DNA from: Candidatus Humimonas hydrogenitrophica
GTDB taxonomy: Bacteria > Gemmatimonadota > Gemmatimonadetes > Palauibacterales > Palauibacteraceae
Direction: 5' to 3'
Assembly (NCBI GenBank): GCA_947581615.1
Contig: CANPVD010000053.1
Coordinates: forward strand, 89,737-153,736
Length of the DNA stretch: 64,000 nt
Below, one piece after another: positions 1-8,883 of this stretch (the first letter of the stretch is position 1; every line of letters begins with the position of its first letter). Position numbers and translations under genes: made by a program. The notes beneath the pieces are model-generated. The model was not told the DNA's origin, ran no database searches, and worked only from the letters and a program-made list of their open reading frames with translations.

Positions 1-2
1 AC

Positions 3-437
3 ACGGCGGGGGGAAACCTGGCGGGCTTCAAGGACACGGGCTGGCGCGCCTTCGGCGGCGCCAACTGGGCCTCCGACGACTGGTTCGCCAACGGCCGGTA
101 CCAGGCGGACATCGGGCCCGGCGCGGCGGACATGGGCGGAGACCTGTCCGCCGGGCGTCGCTTCGGCGGGAAGAGCTGGCTCGCCCTTCGAGCCACCTCC
201 ACCCGCAGCTTCGGGGAGTATCGGCTCGGTGACCAGCGGCTCACCGGCGCGGGGCTCATCGGGTCCGCTCCGGTCGGCGACCTCCTGTTCACGGGGAGCG
301 CGGGCTTCTACCGGCTGTCCTACACGGACCGGCCGGCGATCAAGGACTGGACGCAGTTCCGGATGTTCGTGGGAGTGGGATACCACTTCGGCAGCGAGCC
401 GACGGTCGCGTCGGTCCTCAAGGGGTACGGCCAATGA
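3..437 (+). CDS. C-terminal part of a probable outer-membrane beta-barrel protein (5'-truncated by window edge)
   Basis: Frame is open from base 3. Alternating hydrophobic/Gly strands with aromatic residues (..FRMFVGVGYHFG..). Stop overlaps the ATG of the multiheme cytochrome (ATGA). Confidence 0.6.
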   Translation, partial: TAGGNLAGFKDTGWRAFGGANWASDDWFANGRYQADIGPGAADMGGDLSAGRRFGGKSWLALRATSTRSFGEYRLGDQRLTGAGLIGSAPVGDLLFTGSAGFYRLSYTDRPAIKDWTQFRMFVGVGYHFGSEPTVASVLKGYGQ

Positions 438-2155
438 GCCTGCGCTGGCCAACACGAATCGTCCTGGCGCTCGCCTTCCTGACCCTGGCCGGCGGGCCCT
501 GGGCCGGGTCGCCCCTGACCGGCCAGGACACGACGGTCGTCCAACGCCCCTTCCCGCACGCCCGGCACGTCGGACTCTTCCCGACCTGCGACGGCTGTCA
601 CGCGGGGATCCTGAGCGGGGACTCGGCGAAGTGGCTCTCCGTGGGGCCCGAGTTCTGCCAGGTGTGCCACGATGGCGAGACGGTGAAGAAGATCGAGTGG
701 ACGACGCCCGAGCACCCTCGGACGAACCTGCACTTCACGCACGCCAAGCACGCGGCCGGATTCGAGCAGCTCGGGGCGCCGCCCGCGAAGTGCCAGACCT
801 GTCACCAGGCCGAAGGCGGCACGAAGCCCATGCAGGTGGTGATGGCCAGGCCGGCGCTGTGCGGGGCGTGCCACTCACCCGACCACCTGTCGCTCCAGAA
901 CGACTGCGCCACGTGCCACGATCCGCTCACCCGGGCGTCGAACCTGAGGACGTCCGACATCGCGGGCTTCCCCAAGCCCCCCTGGCACGATTCGGCCGAC
1001 TTCCTCTTCCAGCACGGAGCGGAGGCCTCCGCCTCGGGCGCGGTGTGCTCCGTGTGCCACGCCCGCCAGAGCTGCACCCGCTGCCACCTGAACGCGTCCC
1101 AGGTGGAGCCGATCCAGGCCCTCGGGCCGGATCCGCGCGTCGCACAGCTGGTCCGCGGGCGAGCGGGCCAGTGGCCCGAGCCGCCCAGCCATCGCGACCG
1201 GGACTGGGTCCTGTCCCACGGAGCGACGGCCCGGACCTCGCTGTCCACGTGCGCCGACTGCCACGCGGCCTCGAGCTGTGCGACCTGCCACCGCGGACCG
1301 CGGGCCGGGTTCCTTTCGCAGATGCCGGGGGCCGTCGAGGGAGGACCGTCCGGGGTGCGCATCCACGCGTCGCCGCCGGGGCACGGGCCGGGCTTCGCCA
1401 CCCAGCACGGGGCGACCGCGGCCTCGGGTGCCATCGACTGCTCCGCGTGTCACACGAAGGTCCAGTGCACGGCCTGCCATCGCGGGGGCGTGCCCTCCTC
1501 GCCGGCCGTCCACGCCCCCGGCACGGGCGGATCGGGAGGAGGGAACGAGCCAATGAGCCTCGGGAGGCCGAGCGCGCGGCCCGGGGAGCCGACGACGCCG
1601 AGGGACGAGCGTCTCCCGCTGCGGAGGCCCGAGCCGCGCCCGGTGGTGTGGTTCGCCTCGCTGCGGACGACCGTTCGGACCGGGCCACGAACCGTGCCGG
1701 ACACCACGCCCCCGACGTCCACGACCTCTCGAGGAAACGGAGGACAGGCGGGCCCGCGGACCGGCGGCTTCCACCCACCCGATTACGTGCTCCGACACGG
1801 CGCCGACGCCTTCTCGCGTCGAGTCCAGTGCTCGGAGTGCCATTCGGCCCAGGCCTTCTGCCTGACCTGCCACGAGAAGATGGGCATCGGGCGGGGAGGC
1901 ACGGCCGGCAGCCCCGCCTTCCACGATGCCGAGCCCAACTGGCTGATCGTGCACGGGCGGGCCGCCCGACAGAACCTGGAGACCTGCACCTCCTGTCACC
2001 AGCAGAGCTCCTGCCTGCGCTGTCACAGCGCGAAGTTCGGATTCCGCATCGACCCGCACGGTCCGGGCTTCGATCCCAACCGCATCGCCGACCGCAGCAC
2101 GATCTCCTGCGGAATCTGCCACTTCTCCATCCCCAAGGGCGGAGGCGGGGGCTGA
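434..2155 (+). CDS. Exported multiheme cytochrome c, 16 CxxCH motifs
   Basis: Signal peptide; 11 CxxCH, then a ~90 aa Pro/Gly/Thr/Arg linker, then 5 CxxCH; repeated P..H....HG..A....CxxCH....CxxCH units. Confidence 0.95.
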   Translation: MSLRWPTRIVLALAFLTLAGGPWAGSPLTGQDTTVVQRPFPHARHVGLFPTCDGCHAGILSGDSAKWLSVGPEFCQVCHDGETVKKIEWTTPEHPRTNLHFTHAKHAAGFEQLGAPPAKCQTCHQAEGGTKPMQVVMARPALCGACHSPDHLSLQNDCATCHDPLTRASNLRTSDIAGFPKPPWHDSADFLFQHGAEASASGAVCSVCHARQSCTRCHLNASQVEPIQALGPDPRVAQLVRGRAGQWPEPPSHRDRDWVLSHGATARTSLSTCADCHAASSCATCHRGPRAGFLSQMPGAVEGGPSGVRIHASPPGHGPGFATQHGATAASGAIDCSACHTKVQCTACHRGGVPSSPAVHAPGTGGSGGGNEPMSLGRPSARPGEPTTPRDERLPLRRPEPRPVVWFASLRTTVRTGPRTVPDTTPPTSTTSRGNGGQAGPRTGGFHPPDYVLRHGADAFSRRVQCSECHSAQAFCLTCHEKMGIGRGGTAGSPAFHDAEPNWLIVHGRAARQNLETCTSCHQQSSCLRCHSAKFGFRIDPHGPGFDPNRIADRSTISCGICHFSIPKGGGGG

Positions 2156-2446
2156 CCGAGTTGGCATGAGGGTCCGCGCCCTACCATCACGACCGGAGCA
2201 TGCCGGCGAAGCCCCAGGGGAGTGTCGCGCGGAATGCGGCCCCCGCGACGGCCGGGTATACTGGTTGGGGCGTGCGGGGCCTTGGGTCGTCGAGATCGAA
2301 GAACGGGTCGATGGACGAATGAGGAGGCCTGGTGGTGGACGGACGGTGGGATGGGGGGACGGGTTCGGGAGGAGTGAGCCGTCCGCCACGGAGCCACACG
2401 TGAGCAGCGGTCCGTTCGCGACGTCGCCCCGGCAGGGGCGGCGGCC

Positions 2447-2917
2447 ATGGTAGAGCCTACGGCCTCGCCGCTGGCCACGGACCCGCTGGCGTGGCGACCG
2501 GCCTTCGGGGAGTACGTCCTCGCCGGCAGTGTCGCCTTGCTGCTCCTGGGCGCCCTGTCGGCGGTCGTGCTGTACCTGATCCCTTCTGGACCGCTGCAGC
2601 TAGAGGAGCTCCAGCCGGCCTACCAGGTCGCGCCGGAGGCCAACTTCCCGGTCAACAGCAGTCGAATCGTCAACTGGGGAGACCAGGTCATCCTCGTCGT
2701 CCGCACCGGGGACCAGTCGTATTCCGCGCTGCAGGGCACGGCACCGACGGACGGCTGCATCCTGAACTGGAACGAGACGTCGCTCCGCATCGTCTCACCC
2801 TGCACCCACCTGGTCTACGACCTGCGTGGCAACGTGGTCCGGGGCCTCTCGACCATCCCCCTCCAGCACTACCCGGTGTTCATCCGCGATGGCGTCGTCT
2901 ACGTGGCGAGGCCGTAG
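2447..2917 (+). CDS. Degenerate Rieske-fold protein lacking [2Fe-2S] ligands
   Basis: N-terminal TM helix and Rieske-like C-terminus (YDLRGNVVRG..PLQHYPV.IRDG.VYV). Box 1 reads APTDGC and box 2 reads SPCTHL. Directly upstream of cytochrome b. Confidence 0.8.
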   Translation: MVEPTASPLATDPLAWRPAFGEYVLAGSVALLLLGALSAVVLYLIPSGPLQLEELQPAYQVAPEANFPVNSSRIVNWGDQVILVVRTGDQSYSALQGTAPTDGCILNWNETSLRIVSPCTHLVYDLRGNVVRGLSTIPLQHYPVFIRDGVVYVARP

Positions 2918-2918
2918 A

Positions 2919-4202
2919 ATGATGTCCCGAGACCCGAAGGCCGCCAGGGAATGGTTCGTCCGCTTGTGGGCGGACCTGAAGGCCAGCACGGACGCGAGCC
3001 TGCTGGTGATCCTCCGCTTCGTGGGCCTCCTGTACGGGCCGCTCGACACCCGACTTCCGATCGGCAAGGCCTTTCGTAAGGCTCTGCGGCACCGGCTCTC
3101 GCCCGAAGCGGGGTGGCGTCAAGCGTTCGGCGGAATCGCGTATCTGCTGTTCATCATCCTTGTGGTCACGGGCGTGCTCCTGTCCTTCTACTACCGTCCT
3201 TCCACGCAGGAGGCCTACCAGAGCATCCAGCACATCGTGTCCGGTGTCTCCTTCGGCTGGCTCATGCGCGACCTGCACGTGTGGGCGGCGAACCTCGTGG
3301 TCCTGGGAGCGCTGCTCCACATGGCCCGCGTGTTCTTCGGCGCGGCCTACAAGCCTCCGCGTGAGACCAACTGGATCGTGGGCGTGCTCCTGCTGTTCAG
3401 CGTGTTCGCGTTCGGCGCGACGGGCTACCTCCTGCCATGGGACCAGTGGTCGTACTGGACCGTGACCGAGGGACTGGACATCCTCGCCCGCACGCCCCTC
3501 GTGGGCGGCTGGCTGGTCAGGATCCTGCGGGCCGATCCGATCGTGTCCGGCGCCACCTTGAGCCGGTTCTTCGCCATCCACGTGATCGTGCTCCCGTGGC
3601 TCGTGCTCGGCCTCCTGGCCCTGCACTTCGCCCTGGTACGGAAGCACGGCGTCGCGCCACGCGTGAGCGCGAACCGTACGGGCAGGACGGGCGTTCCGTT
3701 CTTCCCGTACCACTTCCTGCGGATGGTGATCACCGGAACGCTCGTCGTGGCCGTGGCCCTGACGGCCGCCCTCCTGTTCCCGCGTCCGGTCGCCGCTCCG
3801 GCCAACCCCGCGCAGCCCCCGGGAATGCTCTTCTCGACCTGGATCCTGGCCGACGTCTCTCGAGCCCTGATCTACTACCTGGGCGGCTGGGGCTTCGGCG
3901 CGTTCCTGCTGCTCGGAGCCGGAATGGTGCTCCTGCCCATCTTCGATCGCTCTCCAGAGCGTCGGCTCCGCCGCCGACCGATCGTGGCCGCCCTGGGCGT
4001 CCTGTTCTTCCTGACCTTCGCGACCGCCTGGGGGGCCGGGTGGCGACTCCGCTCCATTCCGACCACGACGTCGGGTGAGCTGACGCCGTTCCAGAAGCAG
4101 CCCACCGGAGCTACGCCGGGCGCTCCCCTGCCGAGTATCGCGCCTGCCAGCCGGCCGGCGACGTCCGGGTCGGACACGACGAATTCCGGGGGTGCGCCGT
4201 GA
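2919..4202 (+). CDS. Cytochrome b of bc/b6f type (b6 and subunit IV fused), PEWY motif degenerate
   Basis: GWLMRDLHVWAAN..LHMARVF, GYLLPWDQ, RFFAIHVIVLP..LHFALVRKHG carry four heme b histidines. FFPYH..PANP..P is followed by STWI in place of PEWY. Confidence 0.92.
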   Translation: MMSRDPKAAREWFVRLWADLKASTDASLLVILRFVGLLYGPLDTRLPIGKAFRKALRHRLSPEAGWRQAFGGIAYLLFIILVVTGVLLSFYYRPSTQEAYQSIQHIVSGVSFGWLMRDLHVWAANLVVLGALLHMARVFFGAAYKPPRETNWIVGVLLLFSVFAFGATGYLLPWDQWSYWTVTEGLDILARTPLVGGWLVRILRADPIVSGATLSRFFAIHVIVLPWLVLGLLALHFALVRKHGVAPRVSANRTGRTGVPFFPYHFLRMVITGTLVVAVALTAALLFPRPVAAPANPAQPPGMLFSTWILADVSRALIYYLGGWGFGAFLLLGAGMVLLPIFDRSPERRLRRRPIVAALGVLFFLTFATAWGAGWRLRSIPTTTSGELTPFQKQPTGATPGAPLPSIAPASRPATSGSDTTNSGGAP

Positions 4203-5494
4203 GGGCCGCCGTGCTGACCGCGCTGCTCACTGCCACCTTCGTCGCTGCACCAGCGGCGGGAAGGCCGGCTGCGGCTCGCCCTGCCGGACGTACCGCTCCG
4301 ACGCTTCCGGCGCAGGTCCCCGGAGCCACGGCCGACACCGCCAACGGCTGCCTGGCATGCCACGCGGCACAGCGGCGAGCGGCGACCGAAGGGATCCACG
4401 CGGAGCACGGCGTCACCTGCGTGAGCTGCCACGGCGGTGACCCGGCCGCCGTCACGCTGCCCCGGGGACACAGCGGGCACTTCGTCGGCACGCCGGACAA
4501 GGCGGCCACGGCGGAGCTGTGCGGCTCGTGCCACTCGGATCCCGACCGGATGCGGGAATACGGCCTGCCCACAGGACAGCTGGCCCAGTTCCGCTCCAGC
4601 AAGCACGGGCAACTGCTCTTCGGCCAGCACAACAACGACGTGCCGACATGCACGGACTGCCACGGCACGCACATCATCTACCCGCCCTACGATGCCCGTA
4701 GCCGCGTCTATCCGACGAACATCCCGGGGACCTGCGCGAGCTGCCACTCGGACCCGAAGCTCATGGCGAAGTACCACATTCGCACGGACCAGTTCGCGCA
4801 GTTCCGTAACAGCGCGCATGGCGTAGCCCTGTTCCAGGACCAGAACTTCGCGGCGCCCACCTGCGTCGGTTGTCACGGCGCGCACTCCGAGCTGCCGCCC
4901 ACGGTGACCGAGATCGCCAGCGTATGCGGTCGGTGTCACGTGCTCGTCGAGCAGGAGTTCGCGAAGGGACCGCATGGGGCCGCCGCCCGCGCCGGGAAGC
5001 TGCCGGGCTGCCTGGCGTGCCACAGCAACCACGGCACCGAACGCGTCCCGGCGGACAGCATCAGCGCCACGTGCGACCGGTGCCACGGATCCGACTCCCA
5101 GGTTCACCAGTTCGCGGTCGACATCCAGCACCGCGTCGTGCAGGCCACGGCGGACATCCAGTCGGCCGAGCGGGCCATCGACCAGATGGCCGCGGCCGGC
5201 GAGCGCGTCGGCTACTATCGATTCCGGTACAAGTCGGGCCTGACGTACTTCCGCGAGATCGCCCAGAAGCAGCACCGCCTCAACCTGGACACACTCGACG
5301 ACCTCGCTCGTCGGGTGCGGTCGGTGTCGATCGACCTGGACTCACGGGCGAAGGGCACCCAGGAAAGTCGTTGGGAGCACAAGCTCCTGCTCCTCCCGGT
5401 GTGGTTCCTGTCGCTGTCCGCGGTCGTGCTCGCTCTGCTGGCGCTGCGCGGTCTCCGGAAGAGGGACCGGGACTCGGACTCTTCCGAGACGTAG
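4199..5494 (+). CDS. Membrane-anchored nonaheme cytochrome c
   Basis: GTG start overlapping the upstream stop; signal peptide; 9 CxxCH; helical region; C-terminal TM helix. Confidence 0.93.
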   Translation: MRAAVLTALLTATFVAAPAAGRPAAARPAGRTAPTLPAQVPGATADTANGCLACHAAQRRAATEGIHAEHGVTCVSCHGGDPAAVTLPRGHSGHFVGTPDKAATAELCGSCHSDPDRMREYGLPTGQLAQFRSSKHGQLLFGQHNNDVPTCTDCHGTHIIYPPYDARSRVYPTNIPGTCASCHSDPKLMAKYHIRTDQFAQFRNSAHGVALFQDQNFAAPTCVGCHGAHSELPPTVTEIASVCGRCHVLVEQEFAKGPHGAAARAGKLPGCLACHSNHGTERVPADSISATCDRCHGSDSQVHQFAVDIQHRVVQATADIQSAERAIDQMAAAGERVGYYRFRYKSGLTYFREIAQKQHRLNLDTLDDLARRVRSVSIDLDSRAKGTQESRWEHKLLLLPVWFLSLSAVVLALLALRGLRKRDRDSDSSET

Positions 5495-5497
5495 GCT

Positions 5498-7522
5498 ATG
5501 TGGCCGACCATACGCCGGCGGATCGCTCAATGGGGCATCGTCCTGCTCCCGATCGTCATCCTGGCGGTCATTCTGATCAGCGTAGGCACGGTCGGCTTCG
5601 TGGAGGTCTCCAGCCAGCCATGGTTCTGCAAGAGCTGCCACATCATGAAGCCGTACTACCAGTCGTGGTCCACCTCATCACACCGCGACGTGCCCTGCAT
5701 CAAGTGCCACATCCCGCCCGGGGTGAAGTCCGAGGTGAGCCAGAAGATCCAGGCCGCCAACATGGTGGTGAAGTACTTCACCGGCGCCTACGATACGCGG
5801 CCGTGGGCGGAGATCAGCGACGCTTCCTGTCTGCGATCGGGCTGCCACGCCAGCCGTCTCATCGAGGGTGCGGTGGACTTCCACGGAGTCCGGTTCGATC
5901 ACGCCCGGCATCTGGGGGAGATTCGGCGTGGCATGCAGCTCCACTGCACGAGCTGCCACTCGCAGATCGTGCAGGGAACACACATCGCCGTGACGGAGGG
6001 CACCTGCTTCCTGTGTCACTTCAAGGACCGGCCGGCTGACCAGCCCCTGGGCGGCTGCACCGGGTGCCACCCATCGCCGCCGAGGGTCACCTCTCCCGAG
6101 GGATTCGTGATCGATCACCCCCAGTTCGTACGGGACCGGATCGACTGCCTGTCCTGCCACAACAAGGTCACGCACGGAACGGGTAACGTCGACGAAGCGC
6201 GCTGCGTGAGCTGCCACAACGAGCCCGAGCGTCTGGCCAAGATCAACGAGACCACGCTCCTGCACACGGTTCACGTCACGCAGCACAACATCGCGTGCAT
6301 CCAGTGCCACACCCCCATCGAGCACCGCATCGTTTCTCTCACCACGACCGTGGAGCTGGACTGCCGGAGCTGCCACAAGTCCGTGCACGTGGATCAGCAG
6401 AAGATGTTCGCCGGCATCGGGGGACACGGGGTGGAGCGCACGCCGAGCTCCATGTACAAGGCACGCGTCTCGTGCGTGGCGTGTCACGACCAGGCCAGGA
6501 GCCTTCCGGGACACGACACGGTCAACGTGGCCAGCGAGTCCTCGTGCCTCTCCTGTCACGGCATCAAGTACGCCAACGTGCTGCCCGGCTGGCAGAAGGA
6601 GATGAAGCGGAAGGTGGGCCTCGTAGCCCCGGTGGTGAGCGCGGCCCGATCCGCCGCGGCGACGGTCCCCCTGGCGCGACGTAACGTGGCCGACAGTCTC
6701 CTCGGTCTCGCGCAGTCGAACGTCGAGTTCGTGCGCGAGGGCAAGGGCGCCCACAACGTGGTCTATGCGGATCAGCTCCTCCGCGCGGCCCTCAGGCTCG
6801 TGCGGCAGGCCGTGCAGGAGGGCCGCCTGCCGTACCGGATGCCGACCGTCGATCTCGGCCCGCAGGTGAGCGAGACCATGTGCCTGCAGTGCCACCTGGG
6901 CATCGAGCAGCAGAAGGGCACGTTCCAGGGCGCGTCGTTCGATCACACGGCCCACGTGTTGCGCGCGGGGCTGCAGTGTGGTGACTGCCACACGCCGTTC
7001 TCGAACCACGGCGGCATCACCCTCGCGTCGACCGCGAGCTGCAACGCCTGTCATCATCCGGTCGTGCAGCCCCGGAACTGCGCCACCTGCCATGAAGGTC
7101 CGGGTGGGGCGCCGTCCCAACCCATCACCCTGCCCCAGGGGACCTTCCCGCACGGGCCCCACATCGAGGCCAACCTCGCCTGTACGGCGTGCCACACGGC
7201 GCCGATGATGAGCGCGCGGGACCTCCAGTGTGACAACTGCCATGCGCAGCACCACCAGCCGACCGTCACCTGCCTGAACTGCCACCGGGGCGGAGTCCTG
7301 GCCCTGCACGATCGCCAGAACCACGTCCTGTGTGCGCAGTGTCATACCTCGGTCCCGGCGTTGACGCACTGGACGCGGCAGGTGTGCACGGTGTGCCACG
7401 CGGACAAGACCGACCACAACCCCGGACGGCCGTGCAACGTGTGCCACCGGGTGCCGGCCATGGGAACGACCCGCGCGGCCGTGCCGGCCGGCGGCGGCGA
7501 GGAATCGCCTCAATTCCACTAG
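5498..7522 (+). CDS. NapC/NirT-type N-terminal domain fused to a large multiheme extension (21 CxxCH + 1 Cx4CH)
   Basis: N-terminal TM; SSQPWFCKSCHIMKPYYQSWSTSSHRDVPCIKCH is the NapC/NrfH-type start; CLRSGCH variant motif. Confidence 0.93.
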   Translation: MWPTIRRRIAQWGIVLLPIVILAVILISVGTVGFVEVSSQPWFCKSCHIMKPYYQSWSTSSHRDVPCIKCHIPPGVKSEVSQKIQAANMVVKYFTGAYDTRPWAEISDASCLRSGCHASRLIEGAVDFHGVRFDHARHLGEIRRGMQLHCTSCHSQIVQGTHIAVTEGTCFLCHFKDRPADQPLGGCTGCHPSPPRVTSPEGFVIDHPQFVRDRIDCLSCHNKVTHGTGNVDEARCVSCHNEPERLAKINETTLLHTVHVTQHNIACIQCHTPIEHRIVSLTTTVELDCRSCHKSVHVDQQKMFAGIGGHGVERTPSSMYKARVSCVACHDQARSLPGHDTVNVASESSCLSCHGIKYANVLPGWQKEMKRKVGLVAPVVSAARSAAATVPLARRNVADSLLGLAQSNVEFVREGKGAHNVVYADQLLRAALRLVRQAVQEGRLPYRMPTVDLGPQVSETMCLQCHLGIEQQKGTFQGASFDHTAHVLRAGLQCGDCHTPFSNHGGITLASTASCNACHHPVVQPRNCATCHEGPGGAPSQPITLPQGTFPHGPHIEANLACTACHTAPMMSARDLQCDNCHAQHHQPTVTCLNCHRGGVLALHDRQNHVLCAQCHTSVPALTHWTRQVCTVCHADKTDHNPGRPCNVCHRVPAMGTTRAAVPAGGGEESPQFH

Positions 7523-7539
7523 CACGGAGGGAGGCTCAC

Positions 7540-8883
7540 ATGCGCTCCGTGGTTGGATGGATCTGGCTCCTGGGCGCTTTCGCGCCCGGGCTCGTCGGAG
7601 TCCGGACGGTGTCGGCGCAGGCGACCAGGCCGGCGTCCACGCAGGTCGTGGAGTGCACCAAGTGCCACGCCGATCACGACCTCCTCGCCGCCAACGCGAC
7701 CGGTCCGCGGCGGGACTCGGCCCTCTACGTGACCGGTGCGGTCCTGGACAGCTCCGTGCACCGATCGTTGCAGTGCACGGACTGCCACCGGGGCTTCGAG
7801 GCAGGCTTCCCCCATCAGGTCAGCCAGGTGGTGGTCCCCTGCTCCACCTGCCACGAGAAGGAGGGTCGGGACTGGGCGGCCTCCATTCACGCCCGGAACG
7901 CGGAAATGGTCGGGGATGCGCCCACCTGCGTCGGGTGCCACGGTAGCCACGGGATCCGTGCCGCCACCGACCCCCGGTCGCCGATCTACCCCCTCAACGT
8001 GGCCGGACTGTGTAGCCGCTGCCACGCGGACCCCCGTATCATCGGGCGCTACTTCACGGGGCCGGGCGACCAGGAGGCCCGCATCGCCGCGACCGCCTTC
8101 CCGAAGAGCGTCCACGGCATCGCGCTCACCCGCGACGGGCTCGTGGTTTCGGCCACCTGCTCGGACTGCCACCGGGCGCACCTCATCCTGCCGCCCGATT
8201 CGGCGCGGTCCTCGGTCAATCGGGCCAACATCCCGCGGACCTGCGGGAAGTGCCACGCCGGCGTGGTCAAGGTGTTCGAGGCCTCCGCCCACGGGCCCGA
8301 TTACCCGCCGCAGCCCGGGATCGCCGAGGGGCACCCGCGGCCGGTGTGCATCGACTGCCACTCCGCGCACGAGATCGTCCGCGCCGACCGGCCGGCCTGG
8401 CAGCGCAGCACGGTCCGGAAGTGCGGGAGCTGCCACGAGCACCTGTACGAAACCTACTTCGAGACCTACCACGGCCAGGTGACGCAGCTGGGATCCAACC
8501 TCGCCGCCAAGTGCAGCGACTGCCACACGGCGCACGACATGCGCTCCCCCACGGACCCCAGGTCCACGGTGTTCGCGGCCAACCTGGTCCACACCTGCAG
8601 CCAGTGCCACGAGGGCGCCAACACCAACTTCGTCAAGTACTACGCGCACGGTGACCCCACCCAGCGCACGCGGTACCCGCGCCTGTACTGGCCGTGGCTG
8701 CTCATGACCGGGCTGCTGGTGAGCGTCATGGCCTTCTTCGTGATCCACAGCGTGCTGTGGCTGATCCGGAACGGCATCGAGCACCGGCGGGGCGGACACG
8801 GCTCCGACGGACCCGGGGGCGGAGTGCCGGGCGGCGGCGCACCCGCGGCGGAATCCCCCACGAGCGGAGGGAGCGCGTCATGA
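7540..8883 (+). CDS. Membrane-anchored multiheme cytochrome c (11 CxxCH), resembling the c-domain of CbcL
   Basis: GGAGG RBS and ATG at 7540; signal peptide; 11 CxxCH; C-terminal TM (LMTGLLVSVMAFFVIHSVLWL). Confidence 0.92.
   Translation: MRSVVGWIWLLGAFAPGLVGVRTVSAQATRPASTQVVECTKCHADHDLLAANATGPRRDSALYVTGAVLDSSVHRSLQCTDCHRGFEAGFPHQVSQVVVPCSTCHEKEGRDWAASIHARNAEMVGDAPTCVGCHGSHGIRAATDPRSPIYPLNVAGLCSRCHADPRIIGRYFTGPGDQEARIAATAFPKSVHGIALTRDGLVVSATCSDCHRAHLILPPDSARSSVNRANIPRTCGKCHAGVVKVFEASAHGPDYPPQPGIAEGHPRPVCIDCHSAHEIVRADRPAWQRSTVRKCGSCHEHLYETYFETYHGQVTQLGSNLAAKCSDCHTAHDMRSPTDPRSTVFAANLVHTCSQCHEGANTNFVKYYAHGDPTQRTRYPRLYWPWLLMTGLLVSVMAFFVIHSVLWLIRNGIEHRRGGHGSDGPGGGVPGGGAPAAESPTSGGSAS

Noticed and set aside
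2166..2453. 95-aa ORF between the 16-heme gene and the Rieske-like gene
   Set aside because: No recognisable motif or RBS and atypical codon use; more likely intergenic, possibly with an internal promoter.
434..8883. Recurring TGCCAC-type nucleotide repeats
   Set aside because: Explained by CxxCH codons; no regular spacing as in a CRISPR array or tandem repeat.
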